Assembly (NCBI GenBank): GCA_973895155.1
Contig: OZ316893.1
Location: 3,702,490 to 3,766,489 of the forward strand
Direction of reading: 5' to 3'
Length of the DNA: 64,000 nt
Origin: Marsupella aquatica
Lineage: Eukaryota; Plantae; Marchantiophyta
Shown here: positions 26,099 through 38,574 of the stretch, piece by piece
Layout: the number at the start of each line of letters is the position of its first letter
Numbering within the stretch: the first letter of the stretch is position 1
Program-made: the position numbers and the translations under genes
Notes under the pieces: model-generated
Seen by the model: only the letters and a program-made list of their open reading frames with translations
Databases searched by the model: none
What the model was told of the DNA's origin: nothing

Positions 26099-26728
26099 TA
26101 AAACTTACATTTGCATTCAATGAGAAAGGGGCAAAATAAACATCTACCCTAACGGCTTTACTTCTTTTCCAAATTAGCAGTTGGTAAAAACATTTATCTG
26201 AATGTTCAAGATAACCATTGCAATTAGCTCACACGTGTATTGGTGGACTAGCAATCTTACTGTATAATAGCAATAGAAGCTATTTTTAAGGGCTACAATC
26301 TAGAGTGAAGTCTCTAAACAGTAATTCAAATAAAAATAACTTAGTTAATAATACAAATCTAAAACGTGCACAAAAAAATTAGGTAAACAAAGATAACTAA
26401 AAAGAATATAGATTTATAAAAAACAATCAGGTTTTTTTGTTTTTCAATTCTATTTACCTTCAAGTAACTTGTAGTCAGGCTAATTGATAACAAAAAAATC
26501 TCAGAAGACCCATCGTTGCAATTAGCTCACACTCGGGGAATGCCCTAACCTTGCTTATGAACAGACGGTGAGTATCATGGGTTCCACTTCCCACACGAAT
26601 CGTAGTTGTGCTTTATTAGGGTCACACTCTAGAGGGTTCACTCTCAATAGTAGGGTCACACTCTAGAAACTTCACTTTCAATTGTGGCATGGATGGATTA
26701 GCAGTTGTTACTAAACTTAATTTTTATG

Positions 26729-29700
26729 GCGAGCAGACCACGTTGTTGGCCATCGCCCCCAGGTAATCGACGGACTTCAACAGGCCTTACAAAATCCGCG
26801 CAAGGGACTTCCCCGTGCAACCACTGCCCGAACTACAGCAGAAATAATTGGAATCCTTCGAGTTCAGCGTCTGTCCAGACGAGATTGACCGCGGCACTCC
26901 GAGGTTCTGTAAGAGCTGATGTATAAGCTTTGCGGGCCTTTGCGTAACATTCCAGCCCGTGTGCTGCTTTTCTTTTCAAGCTTTTGACATGCTTTTGATA
27001 CGGATCACTGTGTAGGGCCCGCTCGGCGTCGTCCAAGGCCTCCTTGTAGTCCTGTAAGTGCAACCTTGCCTCAGCCCTGTTCGAGTAGGCCAGCGCGAGA
27101 ACTCTATTGAAACCTGACTTGACAACGCAATCGAAGGTATTGTCCCTTGCTTTCTCGAGCTCGAAGTCCACCTGACAGCCGGCCAAATTAATACAATGCG
27201 AGTACCTCCCTATTGCTCCAGTCCAATTCCCTTCAGCGGACATTTTGTGTCTGAACATTTTGTCTCGATCCTGACGGACAGCGTCGAGCTCCTCCACCTT
27301 CCGTATCTTTGCCCGGATTTCGTCTGTGCAGTTGTAAGCCATCTGAGCTGTACTTTTGCGAATCTCTCCAGAATTCTTCCAATACTATAAAGAAGCAAGA
27401 TCTACTGGAACTGACGACCTCCTCTCCTCTCCCCACCTCCGTTTGCACATCAATGAGGATTGCACATTTCATTTGACCACGGGCTTTAGAAGATGGTCCT
27501 CCGAGTTTCGTCCATCATTGCGGCTTCCTTGCTTTGTATGATGCGCCTTTGAGTAATGCTGTTCATCTTTAATGAGTATCGTCGAATTTCGAGGCAAGGT
27601 AAGAACGAACATCTCTAATTGCACGACTCCAATGCGAGTCTGAGGAAGCACTCCTGGAAACGGGGTCGACATGTTTGGCACTGTTATACTTCTGCCCGTC
27701 CAAACGTCCTCGATTTCGTCGTTGAAGTTCGAAGGCACCAACGAGCCGTAGCACGGCGCTGTGTCTCCCTCGATCCACCGCCGCCGCACCATGCAGTTTG
27801 CAAAAGCTCGCGGCCAGTCGCCTTTGAATCGTTCAAACGTCCTTAATTTCGTCTTGGAAGTCCTGTTCGAACCAAATAGTCGTTGCAAACCTGCTGCTAT
27901 TGTGTTTCCCGCTATGACCGCTTCGAGATGAATGGGAGAGATTCACAAGCACCAGGCTCACCGCACTCGGATCTTACACAGGCCAGAGGGAAGCGAGTAC
28001 CGACTGCAAGAAGCATTATCCTATACGTGAATGTTCGACCGTTTACTCTCCACTTCCGCAGTTTTCTCCTCCAGTCGCTGTCACAAAATACATTCCATGA
28101 AGATGGTGTAACAAAAGCTCAAGCTTCAATTACCTTATCGCCTTGTAAACAGCTAAGTTTTACTTCGCATGCCATAAAATTACGTTTTGTTATCACTACT
28201 GCTAATCCATCCATCCTAGATATCCTGGGATATGCATTTATATCTGCCCTTAGCCTAGATGTCAATAGCTGCTTCAGTCTTAGCCATAAGCTCTCATCCT
28301 AGCTTTCAATAACAAACTTCTCCTAGCTTTCAATAAGAGGCTTCACTATCGACCGTAGGCGGCTTTCAATAACGATTTATTACGATAGGGATGGAATGGA
28401 TGGATGGATTAGCAGTTTAAACAAAACTTAATCGAGTAGAACTTAGCTGTTTACAAGGCGATAGAGTAATTGAAGCTTGAGCTTTTATTATTACAGCATC
28501 TTCATGGAATGTATTTTGTGACCGCGACTCGAGGAGAAAACTGCGGAAGTGGAAACTAAACTATCGAACATTCACGTATAGGATAATGCTACTTCCAGTC
28601 GGTACTCGCTTCCCTCTGGCCTGTGTGTAAGATCCGAGTGCAGTGAGCCTGGTGCTTGTGAATCTCTCCCATTCAATTCGTCTAGAAGCGGTCATAGCCG
28701 GAAACACAATAGCAGCAGGTTTGCAACGACTAGTTGGTTCGAACAGCGAATTCCAAGACAAAAATTGAGGACGTTCGAACGATTCAAAGGCCGACAGGCA
28801 GCGAGCTTTTGCAAACTGCATGGTGCGGCGGCGGTGGATCGAGGGAGACACAGCGCAGTGCTACGGCTCGTTGGTGCTTTCGAACTTCAACGACGAAATC
28901 GCGGACGTTTGGACGGGCAGAAGTATAACAACTGTGCTAAACATGTCGACCCCGTTTCCAGGAGGGCTTCCTCAGACTCGCATAGGAGTCGTGCAATTAG
29001 AGATGTTCGTTGTTGCCTTGCCTCGAAATTCGACGATACTCAATAAAGATGAACAGCATTAGTGCGCTCATACCAAGGAAGGAAGCCGCAATGCCGGACG
29101 AAACTCGAAGGACCATCATCTAAAGCCCGTGGTCAATGTGCAAACGGAGGTGAGGAGAGGAGTGGAGAGGAGGCCGTCAGTTCCAGTAGATCAGATTGTT
29201 TCTTAAGAGCATTGGAAGAATTCTGCAGAGATTCGCAAAAGTAAAGCTCAGATGGCTTACTATTGCACAGATGAAAGCCGGCCAAAGATGCGGAAGGTGG
29301 AGGAGCTCGAGGCTGTCCGTCAGGAGGGAAACAAAATGTTCGCTGAAGGGGATTGGACTGGAGCAATAGGGAGGTACTCGCATTGTATTAATTTCGCCGG
29401 CTCTCAGGCGGACATCGAGCTCGAGAAAGCAAGGGACGATGCCTTCTATTACACTATCAGGTCAGGTTTCAATAGAGTTCTCGCGCTGGCCTACTCGAAC
29501 AGGGCTGAGGCACGGTTGCAGTTACAGGACTACAAGGAGGCCTTGGACGACGCCGAGCGGGCCCTACAGATTGATCCGTATCAACAGCGTGTCAAAAGCT
29601 TGGTTCTGAAAGGAAAAGCAGCACACGGGCTGGAATCTTACGCAAAGGCCCGCAAAGCTTATACATCCGCTCTTAGAGAACCTCTTAGAGCTGTTCTAGA

Positions 29701-29899
29701 ACGTCTCGAAGAGCTCGAGATAGTGAAGCTTCTGGAGGAAAGCACTACAGCTGATGAGCAATCGCGAACTGGTCATTATGACTTGATGGGTTATTTTTGC
29801 AGGGGTTGCACGGGGGAAGTCCCTTGCGCGGATTTTGTAGGGCCTGTTGAAATCCGTCGATTACCTGGTGGCGATGGCCAACAACGTGGTCTGCTCGCT
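26729..29899. repeat. Large inverted duplication (arms ~26729-28216 and ~28398-29899, spacer ~180 bp)
   Basis: The left arm is the reverse complement of the upstream region plus the first ~650 nt of the TPR-SET CDS. It is highly similar, with indels and a replaced segment at ~26850-26900. Confidence 0.93.
26833..27342 (-). pseudogene. Truncated TPR-only paralogue of the TPR-SET gene (169-codon open frame)
   Basis: MAYNCTDE..VLALAYSNRAEARL..KAAHGLECYAKARKAY aligns to the first ~145 aa of 29252-31009; no SET domain in frame. Confidence 0.8.
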
Positions 29900-31009
29900 A
29901 CTAAAAGCTTGGAACCTGGCGAGCTCCTGCTTGTGAGCAACCCCCTGGCTGTCAGGCGGCAGGAGATGACGCGAGTTCCAGAGGATCAAGGAATGGAAGA
30001 AGGTTTTGGGCTTCTCCGAAACGAATTCCCGGAGGAGCTCCTTTTAGAGTTGGTTCGCAGGATTAAAAAATCCAACGTGCAGCTGGCTCGATTTGGCTCT
30101 TTGGCAAGTAATTTGATCCCACCGATGCAATTGTTTACACCCGGGAACGAGCCGATTCTCCATGATCATGGAAATAAAGTGCTCAACGTGCATAAGATTG
30201 GTCAAATTGCCAGAAGGAAACAGTTTCGCTATGTGCAGGGGAACAGTCACAGTGCAATTTTTCGTTATGCGGATAGCACAGAAGTGGTCGGACTATGGAT
30301 ACTTCCTGCGTTTGCGAATCATTCCTGCGCTCCGAATTGCCAGCATTCGTTTGTTGGCCATACCATGTTCTTCCGTGCGTCTCGATATATTTCGAGTGGA
30401 GAGGAGCTGACTATCCCACACAATAGCTCCTTTTATGAGCAACTCACATTTCGTGAAAAAAGTCTCCGAAATTGGATGTTCACATGTAAATGCGAGCGTT
30501 GTCTCTTTGAAGAGAAGCTCGCTCCACAACTCTCGAAGATCAGCCAGGCAGCGGCAGGGATAGTACGGAGGCGACACGAGTATGGTTTCAAAGAGCTCGG
30601 CACTGCTGCTGAGGAGATTCTTGATACTGAAGCAGAGCTCGCGAATGCTGCCGATGAGGTTGAAGCGGTGGTTCGATCCCTTGGTACTACGGCTCTACCA
30701 AGACAGCAGGCCTGGATTCGGACGTCTTTCGTTTGTCTGTACTCTGCCAAGTTAAAATACCACGATGATTACCTTAAGAACTTCAAATTGGTTGTTGATT
30801 CTCTATCCTCCGTCTATTTAACGCCTACAGTTCTAAGACAGGCTGCCCGGCTGCTAGTACTAGTGCATCAAAGGTATTCCGGGAATAGCCATGCCTACCG
30901 ACATACCCTGGATGAAGTGCGGGACATCTACAAGGTGTATTTCGGCAGACATCCGGACGAAGATCTCCACAACCTAATCCAAGTAGAAGCCCGTGGCCTC
31001 GAAATGTAG
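29252..31009 (+). CDS. Intronless TPR + SET-domain protein, ATXR1/SDG35-like (585 aa)
   Basis: TPRs (ALAYSNRAEARLQL..ALDDAERAL), linker RTGHYDL..ADFVGPVEIR, SET motifs RGLLATK..PGELLLV, GLWILPAFANHSCAPN and GEELTI, post-SET FTCKCERC. Confidence 0.88.
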   Translation: MAYYCTDESRPKMRKVEELEAVRQEGNKMFAEGDWTGAIGRYSHCINFAGSQADIELEKARDDAFYYTIRSGFNRVLALAYSNRAEARLQLQDYKEALDDAERALQIDPYQQRVKSLVLKGKAAHGLESYAKARKAYTSALREPLRAVLERLEELEIVKLLEESTTADEQSRTGHYDLMGYFCRGCTGEVPCADFVGPVEIRRLPGGDGQQRGLLATKSLEPGELLLVSNPLAVRRQEMTRVPEDQGMEEGFGLLRNEFPEELLLELVRRIKKSNVQLARFGSLASNLIPPMQLFTPGNEPILHDHGNKVLNVHKIGQIARRKQFRYVQGNSHSAIFRYADSTEVVGLWILPAFANHSCAPNCQHSFVGHTMFFRASRYISSGEELTIPHNSSFYEQLTFREKSLRNWMFTCKCERCLFEEKLAPQLSKISQAAAGIVRRRHEYGFKELGTAAEEILDTEAELANAADEVEAVVRSLGTTALPRQQAWIRTSFVCLYSAKLKYHDDYLKNFKLVVDSLSSVYLTPTVLRQAARLLVLVHQRYSGNSHAYRHTLDEVRDIYKVYFGRHPDEDLHNLIQVEARGLEM

Positions 31010-31639
31010 AGATGGTGTGTCTGCCACATAGCTCGTACTTTTAGCTTTTGTAAGTTTCTCTTTGAATGCCACGAAACTTTTCCATCCGCAATTGGCACTT
31101 GTTTTGGGGTCTCTTTTGTTGCCCCAAACGTTTCCTCTCTGTACATTCTTCCCTCCCAGTTTGAAAGAGCATTCTATTCATCGCAAAGATGATGCAGCCT
31201 TTCAGAGGTTACTTCCAGTCGCCCCAATTCGACTCTTCACCCCTGATGCAAAATCCCCCAGGATACGATTGTAGTGATTCAGATTGGGATTGGACAATTT
31301 TTCGACACCTATGCAGCTTGACGGCACAGTTTCTCTCAGGGAAATCCTTTGGAAGTAGAAGACAAGCGAAGGTCAGTTCGTACACAACGGAAGGGAGTCA
31401 TCTTGGGAAATACTGCTACATTTCAGGATCTCAAATCCACGAATCCATCGCAAAATGCACATAGCTCCCGCTATCACGAATGTCGAATTCCTGATATGGC
31501 ATATATAGCATTGCTATCCAATTTCAAGGACTGTAATACAATTCTGCTGATTCACGTTGGTTTTGATTTGTCCAGTTGTTCATTCGGCAGCCAGTGCTCG
31601 GCCTGAACCTGGGTCATTGTTTCTGTATCGTTTTAAAAG

Positions 31640-31678
31640 ATGAATCAACGACCAATCTGAAGTTGGTCGTTGATTCAT
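31640..31678. repeat. Perfect 16-bp stem hairpin with 7-nt loop
   Basis: atgaatcaacgaccaa-tctgaag-ttggtcgttgattcat. Confidence 0.85.
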
Positions 31679-32986
31679 GCTACGGTTTTTGCTTCAATTT
31701 TGCCGACTTGCATTGACAATGTTGATGTGTACAACACGAATGCGAGCATTTTAGTGCCCATTTAGGCTCAGTTTCCGTCTGACGTACAAACAACTGAAAC
31801 TCAATACTGATATTATGGCAGAACTGATAGAAGGAGCAGTTTGAAGTGTCCATAGTACTTCGTCGTTTCCACCGGACGTTCCAAAACACCATGAACATGA
31901 CTCAAAACCAGCGGAGGACAAACACTAACTCGTCCGTGGAATTTTGTAATTTTGCAAACACATTTCATATATCTACAACATATTGCAATCTATAACATGA
32001 TTTTATACATACGTTTTTCATTCTAACGTAATCGCTACACGATAATCGCTATCCATCGTTGCACCAACGTTGCACCAAGATTTTGAAGTTGTGCGATCAA
32101 CAACAATAAGAGAACAGGCATCACGATGGGAGTTGAGAATAAATTTAACCTTTATTCAGAAATTGGTAGCACAGAGTTGAAATGTATATATATGTTGACA
32201 TCATGAGATCCATGGCCCCCACTCTGTTGGGCATCTCACAATTTGATAGACCTTAACTCACTGGTTATGGGTTATGGACAGTGAACTGGTGGATAAGTGG
32301 AGGTCAACTATGTAGTCTTCTAATATTACACTGATTCCCGTTGCAAATGCAATGTAGTTTGCATAAGTGCAGATAGAACCTCACTAAATGACAAAATAGT
32401 GGCACTAAATAACAAATACATAAATGCATTTTCATTTAAAAGTGTATACATACATTATCAATCACTGGAATGCATACATAAAAAGCATTTATTGTTAAGT
32501 GCAGCAAACAATTGCATAAAGTAGTTTATGCATTTATCCAGTTAAGTCATGCAATATGAAGGCTCAGGGTACGAGGAGTCCAATGTGTGACCCAAGAACA
32601 TGGGGGAAGTGCATAAGCAATTTCCCATGGACATATTAGATAGTGCAGACCACACACATATTGAGAAGTACATAAAAGATATCACTTGCACTTATAGCAT
32701 ATTGCACAGTAGCAACAGAACTTCCAAAGGTCCACTTGCTACTTTACATAATGTGAAGAGACTAGTTTGTGAATTAGTATGTGGAGCCCTGCTTTTATGC
32801 TTGTGAGTAACTAAATAATACATGTTCTCCAACAAGCTGTTAGAGCTAATGATCATTTTCCATGTCAGCTCAAGCACCATTCTTTGTTTCACCACGGATG
32901 TGAACCAAGTAGAGCTCCTTTGCACCTTATTAAGCACGCTTTGATGTCATCTGGTGGAACTTCAAATCAAATATTTCCAACAACCA

Positions 32987-33266
32987 GCCAGGCGAGCTCA
33001 GAGTCAAGGTCATGAATTAGATTGACTGGTAAAAAACTTGGCCAAAAAACACTGGCGTACATCACGTTTTGGTGTTGGGCCAGGCGAGCTCAGAGTCAAG
33101 GTCATGAATTAGATTGACTGGTAAAAAGCTTGGCCAAAAAATACTGGCGTACATCACGTTTTGGTGTTGGGCCAGGTGAGCTCAGAGTCAAGCTCATGAA
33201 TTAGATTGACTGGTAAAAAGCTTGGCCAAAAAATACTGGAGTACATCAAGTTTTGGTGTTGGGCCA
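32987..33266. repeat. Tandem repeat, 3 x 92 bp, near-identical
   Basis: Unit gccaggcgagctcagagtcaaggtcatgaattag...ttttggtgttgg starts at 32987, 33079 and 33171. Confidence 0.95.
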
Positions 33267-34294
33267 TTGTTTCCGGGTGAATGAATAATTATATGTAATG
33301 TGTGATTAAGCTAAATTTGGAACACAAGCTTGTCTCCCCCTCTTGCCCCACCCAATCCTCTCACGCTGTTCTTTTAATTATTCTTCTTAGCATAAGAATC
33401 TGTTACTGGAAATATAAAATCAAATTGACGTGAGACAAGCAGACAAAAGACAGAAGCACAAGCGGTAATTTCCATCTTTTCAAGGGACCCAATGGCTGAT
33501 AAATACAAACGTTTGCTTCATAAAATATGAGAAACGACGCCATTCAACATCTCTTTCAAACATTGGAATCTGCTTCTAGTAATAGACACCACACAAATAT
33601 GGAGTGATACTAGCCTGACAAGGTTGTAGAGCCTTGGATTCAATTTCTATCCTGCACATGGGTGATGGTGTGTGAGGTTTGGCCATCCTCAACAGAAATC
33701 TTTCGTCAAAATATGTACAAAATCTGATCCTCCTCAGATATTTAACTTACAAAGGTTGAGGGATCGGTTTTGATTTGAGCTCCAGCATAGGATAGTGGGC
33801 GAGGGAACACTCCTTACAGTCAACCTTGTGTTCACACCTTCCCCATACACTACAAAGTGGACATAGCCGACACTGCATCCAGGATCGGCAGGGAATAGTA
33901 GATGTCACTTCTGCTTTTCCAGACAGGAAGGCCAGTTGCGTACCAGCAGGTATCAATTGTGGATACTCAATAATAAATAAGAATAGATCTTACAGCAAGT
34001 TAAAATGCTCCTTCGCTCCACACCCTCGTCAACAAGGCTTGCAAGAGTTTCCAACTCATGAGATTTCATCAACAAACCATAAAATTTGTCAGCAAGATTT
34101 ACGGCCATACTGCCTGCACATCAACTTATACATCTACAGTCAACTACCATCATTCTCCGTCTGAAGGAATGCTCTTCCGCATTGCAAATATTGCTTCCAT
34201 GCAGATATATGGCCACCAACTTCCTCTGACGGCCCACTAATTCAGCTTCAGGTCCTAAGCCAGTTTGGAGAATCTCCACACTGATGAACATATT

Positions 34295-37009
34295 TTACGC
34301 ATTTTCATCCTCGTGATACAAGTATAAACCAAGACCAAATCGTGCACAAGCTCTACGGAAAGCCACACCCTCTGCTTTTTGAACAGGATCTCCAAAGTTT
34401 CCATCATCCAAAATCGCTGTCCCAGACGCTTCACGCCAGGCCTGCAGGGTCACGATACACTGTTAACATTTATAGCAGTCGATGACTAGTGTTTATCTCG
34501 AAAATCTGCATCTTAGTCTCCTTTCATGCAGGCTGCAACAACCATCCTTGAACATACTCCAAAATGCATTTGAGTGCAGAGACTTCAATTATACCCATAT
34601 CCTACAATATTACCATAACAACCAGTCTCTTCTAATTGTTTCCCAACTTTAGAGAGTAAGTAGACCCAAGCCAGCTACAACCATAACAACAATACGAAAG
34701 CAACGCAGTACAATTATAATTCAACGGCAGGGAGGAATCTTGCTGACCTCTCCATCTGAACCTCTAATCGTCACACGGTACACGACCGAAACTGTCCTGC
34801 TATCAGCAGAAAATGATATGTTGCGAACTTCACCACTCCAACCTGAGTAATCCATTTGTCAAGCATTGCAAGGTAAGGTCAAGACTAATCGAAGTCAGCA
34901 GAAAACTATCCGAGAGATTCATCCCCAGAAAACCAGCGAACTATCACCTATCAAAACAACCAGAATGTCCCATGGCGGCTTTGCAATACTTCAGAGCTTC
35001 GAAGCACTTTCTTGGCAAGACAGCCACCCCAGGATTGGATGCTGATTTGAGGGCATAGACCACATCTTCAGGACCAATGCATAGCTCTAAAATAAATACC
35101 AGAGGAAGATACTGACAAGGCTCTATGTGGAACTCTTGCTTTATCAGAATTGACACAACGTCTCAAAAGACATCCAGGATTTTACAATCGAAGTTGTAGG
35201 AGAAAAACGTTTTTATAGTAATCAAGATGGGAAACGAATATTCAAATCCCTTTGAGAGGTAAAACCCTCAACTCAGATCAGGCCCCGGTAGAGCTCTTGT
35301 CCTAGGAATGCCAGAATTCTATTTCACGTCTATGTTGGCAAATAATGGGATCTAGGCAACAATTCGGCCTAAAACAAATTTCCAAACTATGAGATCTACA
35401 AAGGAGCCACATACCTGGTGCATAAAAGCTGAGCATTCGATTGGCATGATACCTGCCATAGATCCAATTCTTCAGGTGAGCTCACTAGAACATAGAAAAT
35501 TCAAATTGCACATGATTATTGACAGCAAGTGCCATTAAGGCTGCCTGTCCAGAATTGCCACAACAAAATCAGATAATTACCGCCATTCTTTTTCAGCGCT
35601 GGCATTACTGTTGAGCAACTAAACGTAATATGACAATCGAACCAAAGCAGTTGGCCACATGTAACTTGGTGGATTTCAGGTCCAATCAATTTAAATCTCT
35701 TCGGTTATTTGAAGTGAATTCCCATGTCATGATGCAAGATACAACGAATCGCTAATTTCACTTGGTATCCTCAATTTCAAGAGGTGATTCATATTGCATT
35801 CCACAGATGTTCTGCTGCATCATTCTGACTGCGCTTAAAAGCTCCATACAAACGTGTCAAGTAAGACATGTTGGGGAGAAAGCCACCCTTACAATCAGAA
35901 TTATGCTCATAAGGGAAACCAGAGTCAGAATCTAAGGGACTGATCAACAGCAACTAACTCTAGCTAAGACATGGCAATCATGGATCTTGAAGCGGCCGAG
36001 ACCTCAGCTTCGTCGACAACCCCATGCTCAGGATAATCACCACTCCAGTAAGGGTGATCAAGTGAGCTGAACACGAACCTTAGGAATAACGTGACACCCA
36101 GAACAGTACAAACTAACAGACATCCTTTCCTTTGTAGTGAACTCGCCAGCTAGATAAAGAAAATAGATTGCACAATGCATGAAGGCCAGCCGACTTCATG
36201 AGAGTACAAAACAGTCACCGAAGACTTTAACGGGACCTTAAACATACCAACTAGGACACAGAATTCGTCTCTAACCTAGAGCTATTCAACTCTCGTCAAT
36301 GGGGGATACCACCAACAACTAGGCGAGACAATTCATAACAAGAGACGGTCATGCCAAGAAAAAATCAAGCTCTCAATGTTAGGAACTTATCCACAATATA
36401 AGAAAATTGAATAATCTCACAAAAGGAGAGGAAGAAATCATCCTCGTCACCAACATCAGCAGATATGCACTGTGAGTAGAGGATTAGTCCCGGGCGCGCA
36501 GTTATAATTGACGACAGAAGGGAAGACGGGTCCTAGCTATTAGAACTCATGCTAGAATACAATCGAGGATAAAGAACCTTATAGAGCGAGAGTAGAGTAG
36601 AGAAGATGTACCAGGGGATGTATTTGAGAGGTATACCCTCATCCAATTGGATCTTAAGTACTTTGTCCGGCACTCTCTTGTTCATGTCGCGAAAGATTTC
36701 TGCAAGTGGTCGGGACGTGATTGACCCCGCAGCTTGGTTTTCGATAGGGACCGCATAGCTTGCGTACGACTGTGGCACTACTCTTTTAGCAGGTATACTG
36801 TCCGAGGCCCTGACTGGCAGCACCAACATCCGACTACTGCCGCCTGCTTCCCTGCCCGCAGACGATACCTGCAGGAACGCGATTTTCTGCAGAAAAGTGC
36901 CTGGGAATGACGATGCCAATGCGGATGCATGAGACTTCACACAGGTCGCTGAGACAGGTATAGAATTCTTTGGTATGCTCGCTTTAGCGACCATCAGGGA
37001 GGCCTCCAT
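34295..37009 (-). CDS. RAD52-2: Organellar RAD52-like ssDNA-annealing protein (RAD52-2/ODB2 type), 4 exons
   Basis: Exons 37009-36612, 35452-35415, 34842-34748 and 34441-34295 splice in phase. Transit peptide, then RPLAEIFRDMNKRVPD..YIPWYHANRMLSFYAPGWSGEVR..VVYRVTIRGSDGEAWREASGT..GDPVQKAEGVAFRRACARFGLGLYLYHED. Confidence 0.93.
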
Positions 37010-38574
37010 TGAACCGACCCAGATTGGGTAAATAGGTGACGAAGCTGAGCACTCTTCTCCTCAGACTAAAAATTGAATGAATCCTGGAGGGACAAACAAG
37101 GAGCCATAATGCAAGCACGTAAGAGGAAAAACAATACACCAGTTCCCCAGGCACTCGTAAGAAAGCAGAATCGTCTCCAATCTGATAGAGATCAAGTCAT
37201 AGATCACTCCATCCCCTCGCCCCTGTGAACTGCAGATCTCTATCTCTCTAGCTCTAGGTCAGAGACTTCTCAGGGAGTCAACAGACCCAAGCTAGACATG
37301 ATATGCAAATCAGAGAAACTACGGTCAAGCACAAACCCACTGCCTCTCCCTGGATACACAATGCAGAAAACGGCATCCATCCATCCAGCCAACTCTTCCT
37401 AGTGCAGCTCAGAGGTCCTTAGCACACCGATCTACTGTAAATTCCAATGCCACGCATCCTTACTTAAGCGTGACCGCTGGTAGCTCCATCATAGGGAAAC
37501 ATAACACGGCCTTGAGAAGACAGGGACAAAGCTAGCAAACTTACTACTACCTTAGAAGGGAAATTGGCACGCAAATAAGTAGACAGAGAGGCGCAGAGAA
37601 AGATAACAGGCGAACGAGGGTCAAAGTTCAGACCTCGTGCTGTGATTGAATTATCGATTCGATAGGGAAAGATGGAAATCGACAATGATCGTGCACACCC
37701 AACAGCAAATCTGACCTCCCTCCCTCCCACGATCGTGATCGAAGCCAATCAATCGATTGATAAGTCAGTCACTCAGTAAGTCAGGCAGGCAGCAAGGCCA
37801 AGACACCCGAGGCTCGCTGGCAGATCAGCAACAACAAACACCCACGTGAGGCCCCAACCCAACTTGCTAAACCAACGGAATGAATGACGTGATAGTCCCA
37901 CACAAAGGTTCAAGCAAGGAGAAAAGAAAAAAAAACCCCACCGAAAAAGGAGCTCTCCACTACCCCTGCTTCTGAACTGGGCCACAGTCCATCCCTTCCA
38001 GTTCGGCCCTCCAGTTTTGTGCTCGTGTACGCTCTCCAGTACCGCCAGAAGGACTGAATCTACCCAGAAAGGAGGTGGTGGTGGTGGTGATCAGTCATGA
38101 GTCAAGCGAATGCCAAGCGGGACGTGGTCAACGAGAAGAGCACAAAAAACACGGGCAGGCGAAGGAGGCCTTCAAATCAACATGAACAATTATTAATTAT
38201 TGTAATCATTGCCGCAAACTCCCATGGACGCCCGGAATGGGGTATGTGGGGACTAGGGAGAATGGAAAAGGTGGCGAGACAGGCCTACTGTCATAGCCAC
38301 TGGAAGGTGCGTAAGTGCCGGAAGAATGTAGGTGAGAACGTGAGAACCAGGTGACCAGCTGAGCTCCTAGTCAGCTCGCGTTTTGGGGCAGAGTAAGAGA
38401 GTGGAAGTGAGGAAAACGGGTTACACTATGGCTTCTTCAAACTGGGCCCTCACTGAAAGTGAAAGTTGTGTATTTGTGGTCCATCATGTAACTCTGGTTA
38501 TGGCACCCAATTAAAGATTCTAATAAATGGGGGGAGAAAGCATCGACCTGCTTCTTAAGGCAAGGTTTATGACC

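Noticed and set aside
32987-33266. Possible CRISPR-like array
   Set aside because: Units are contiguous with no unique spacers, the context is eukaryotic, and there are no cas genes.
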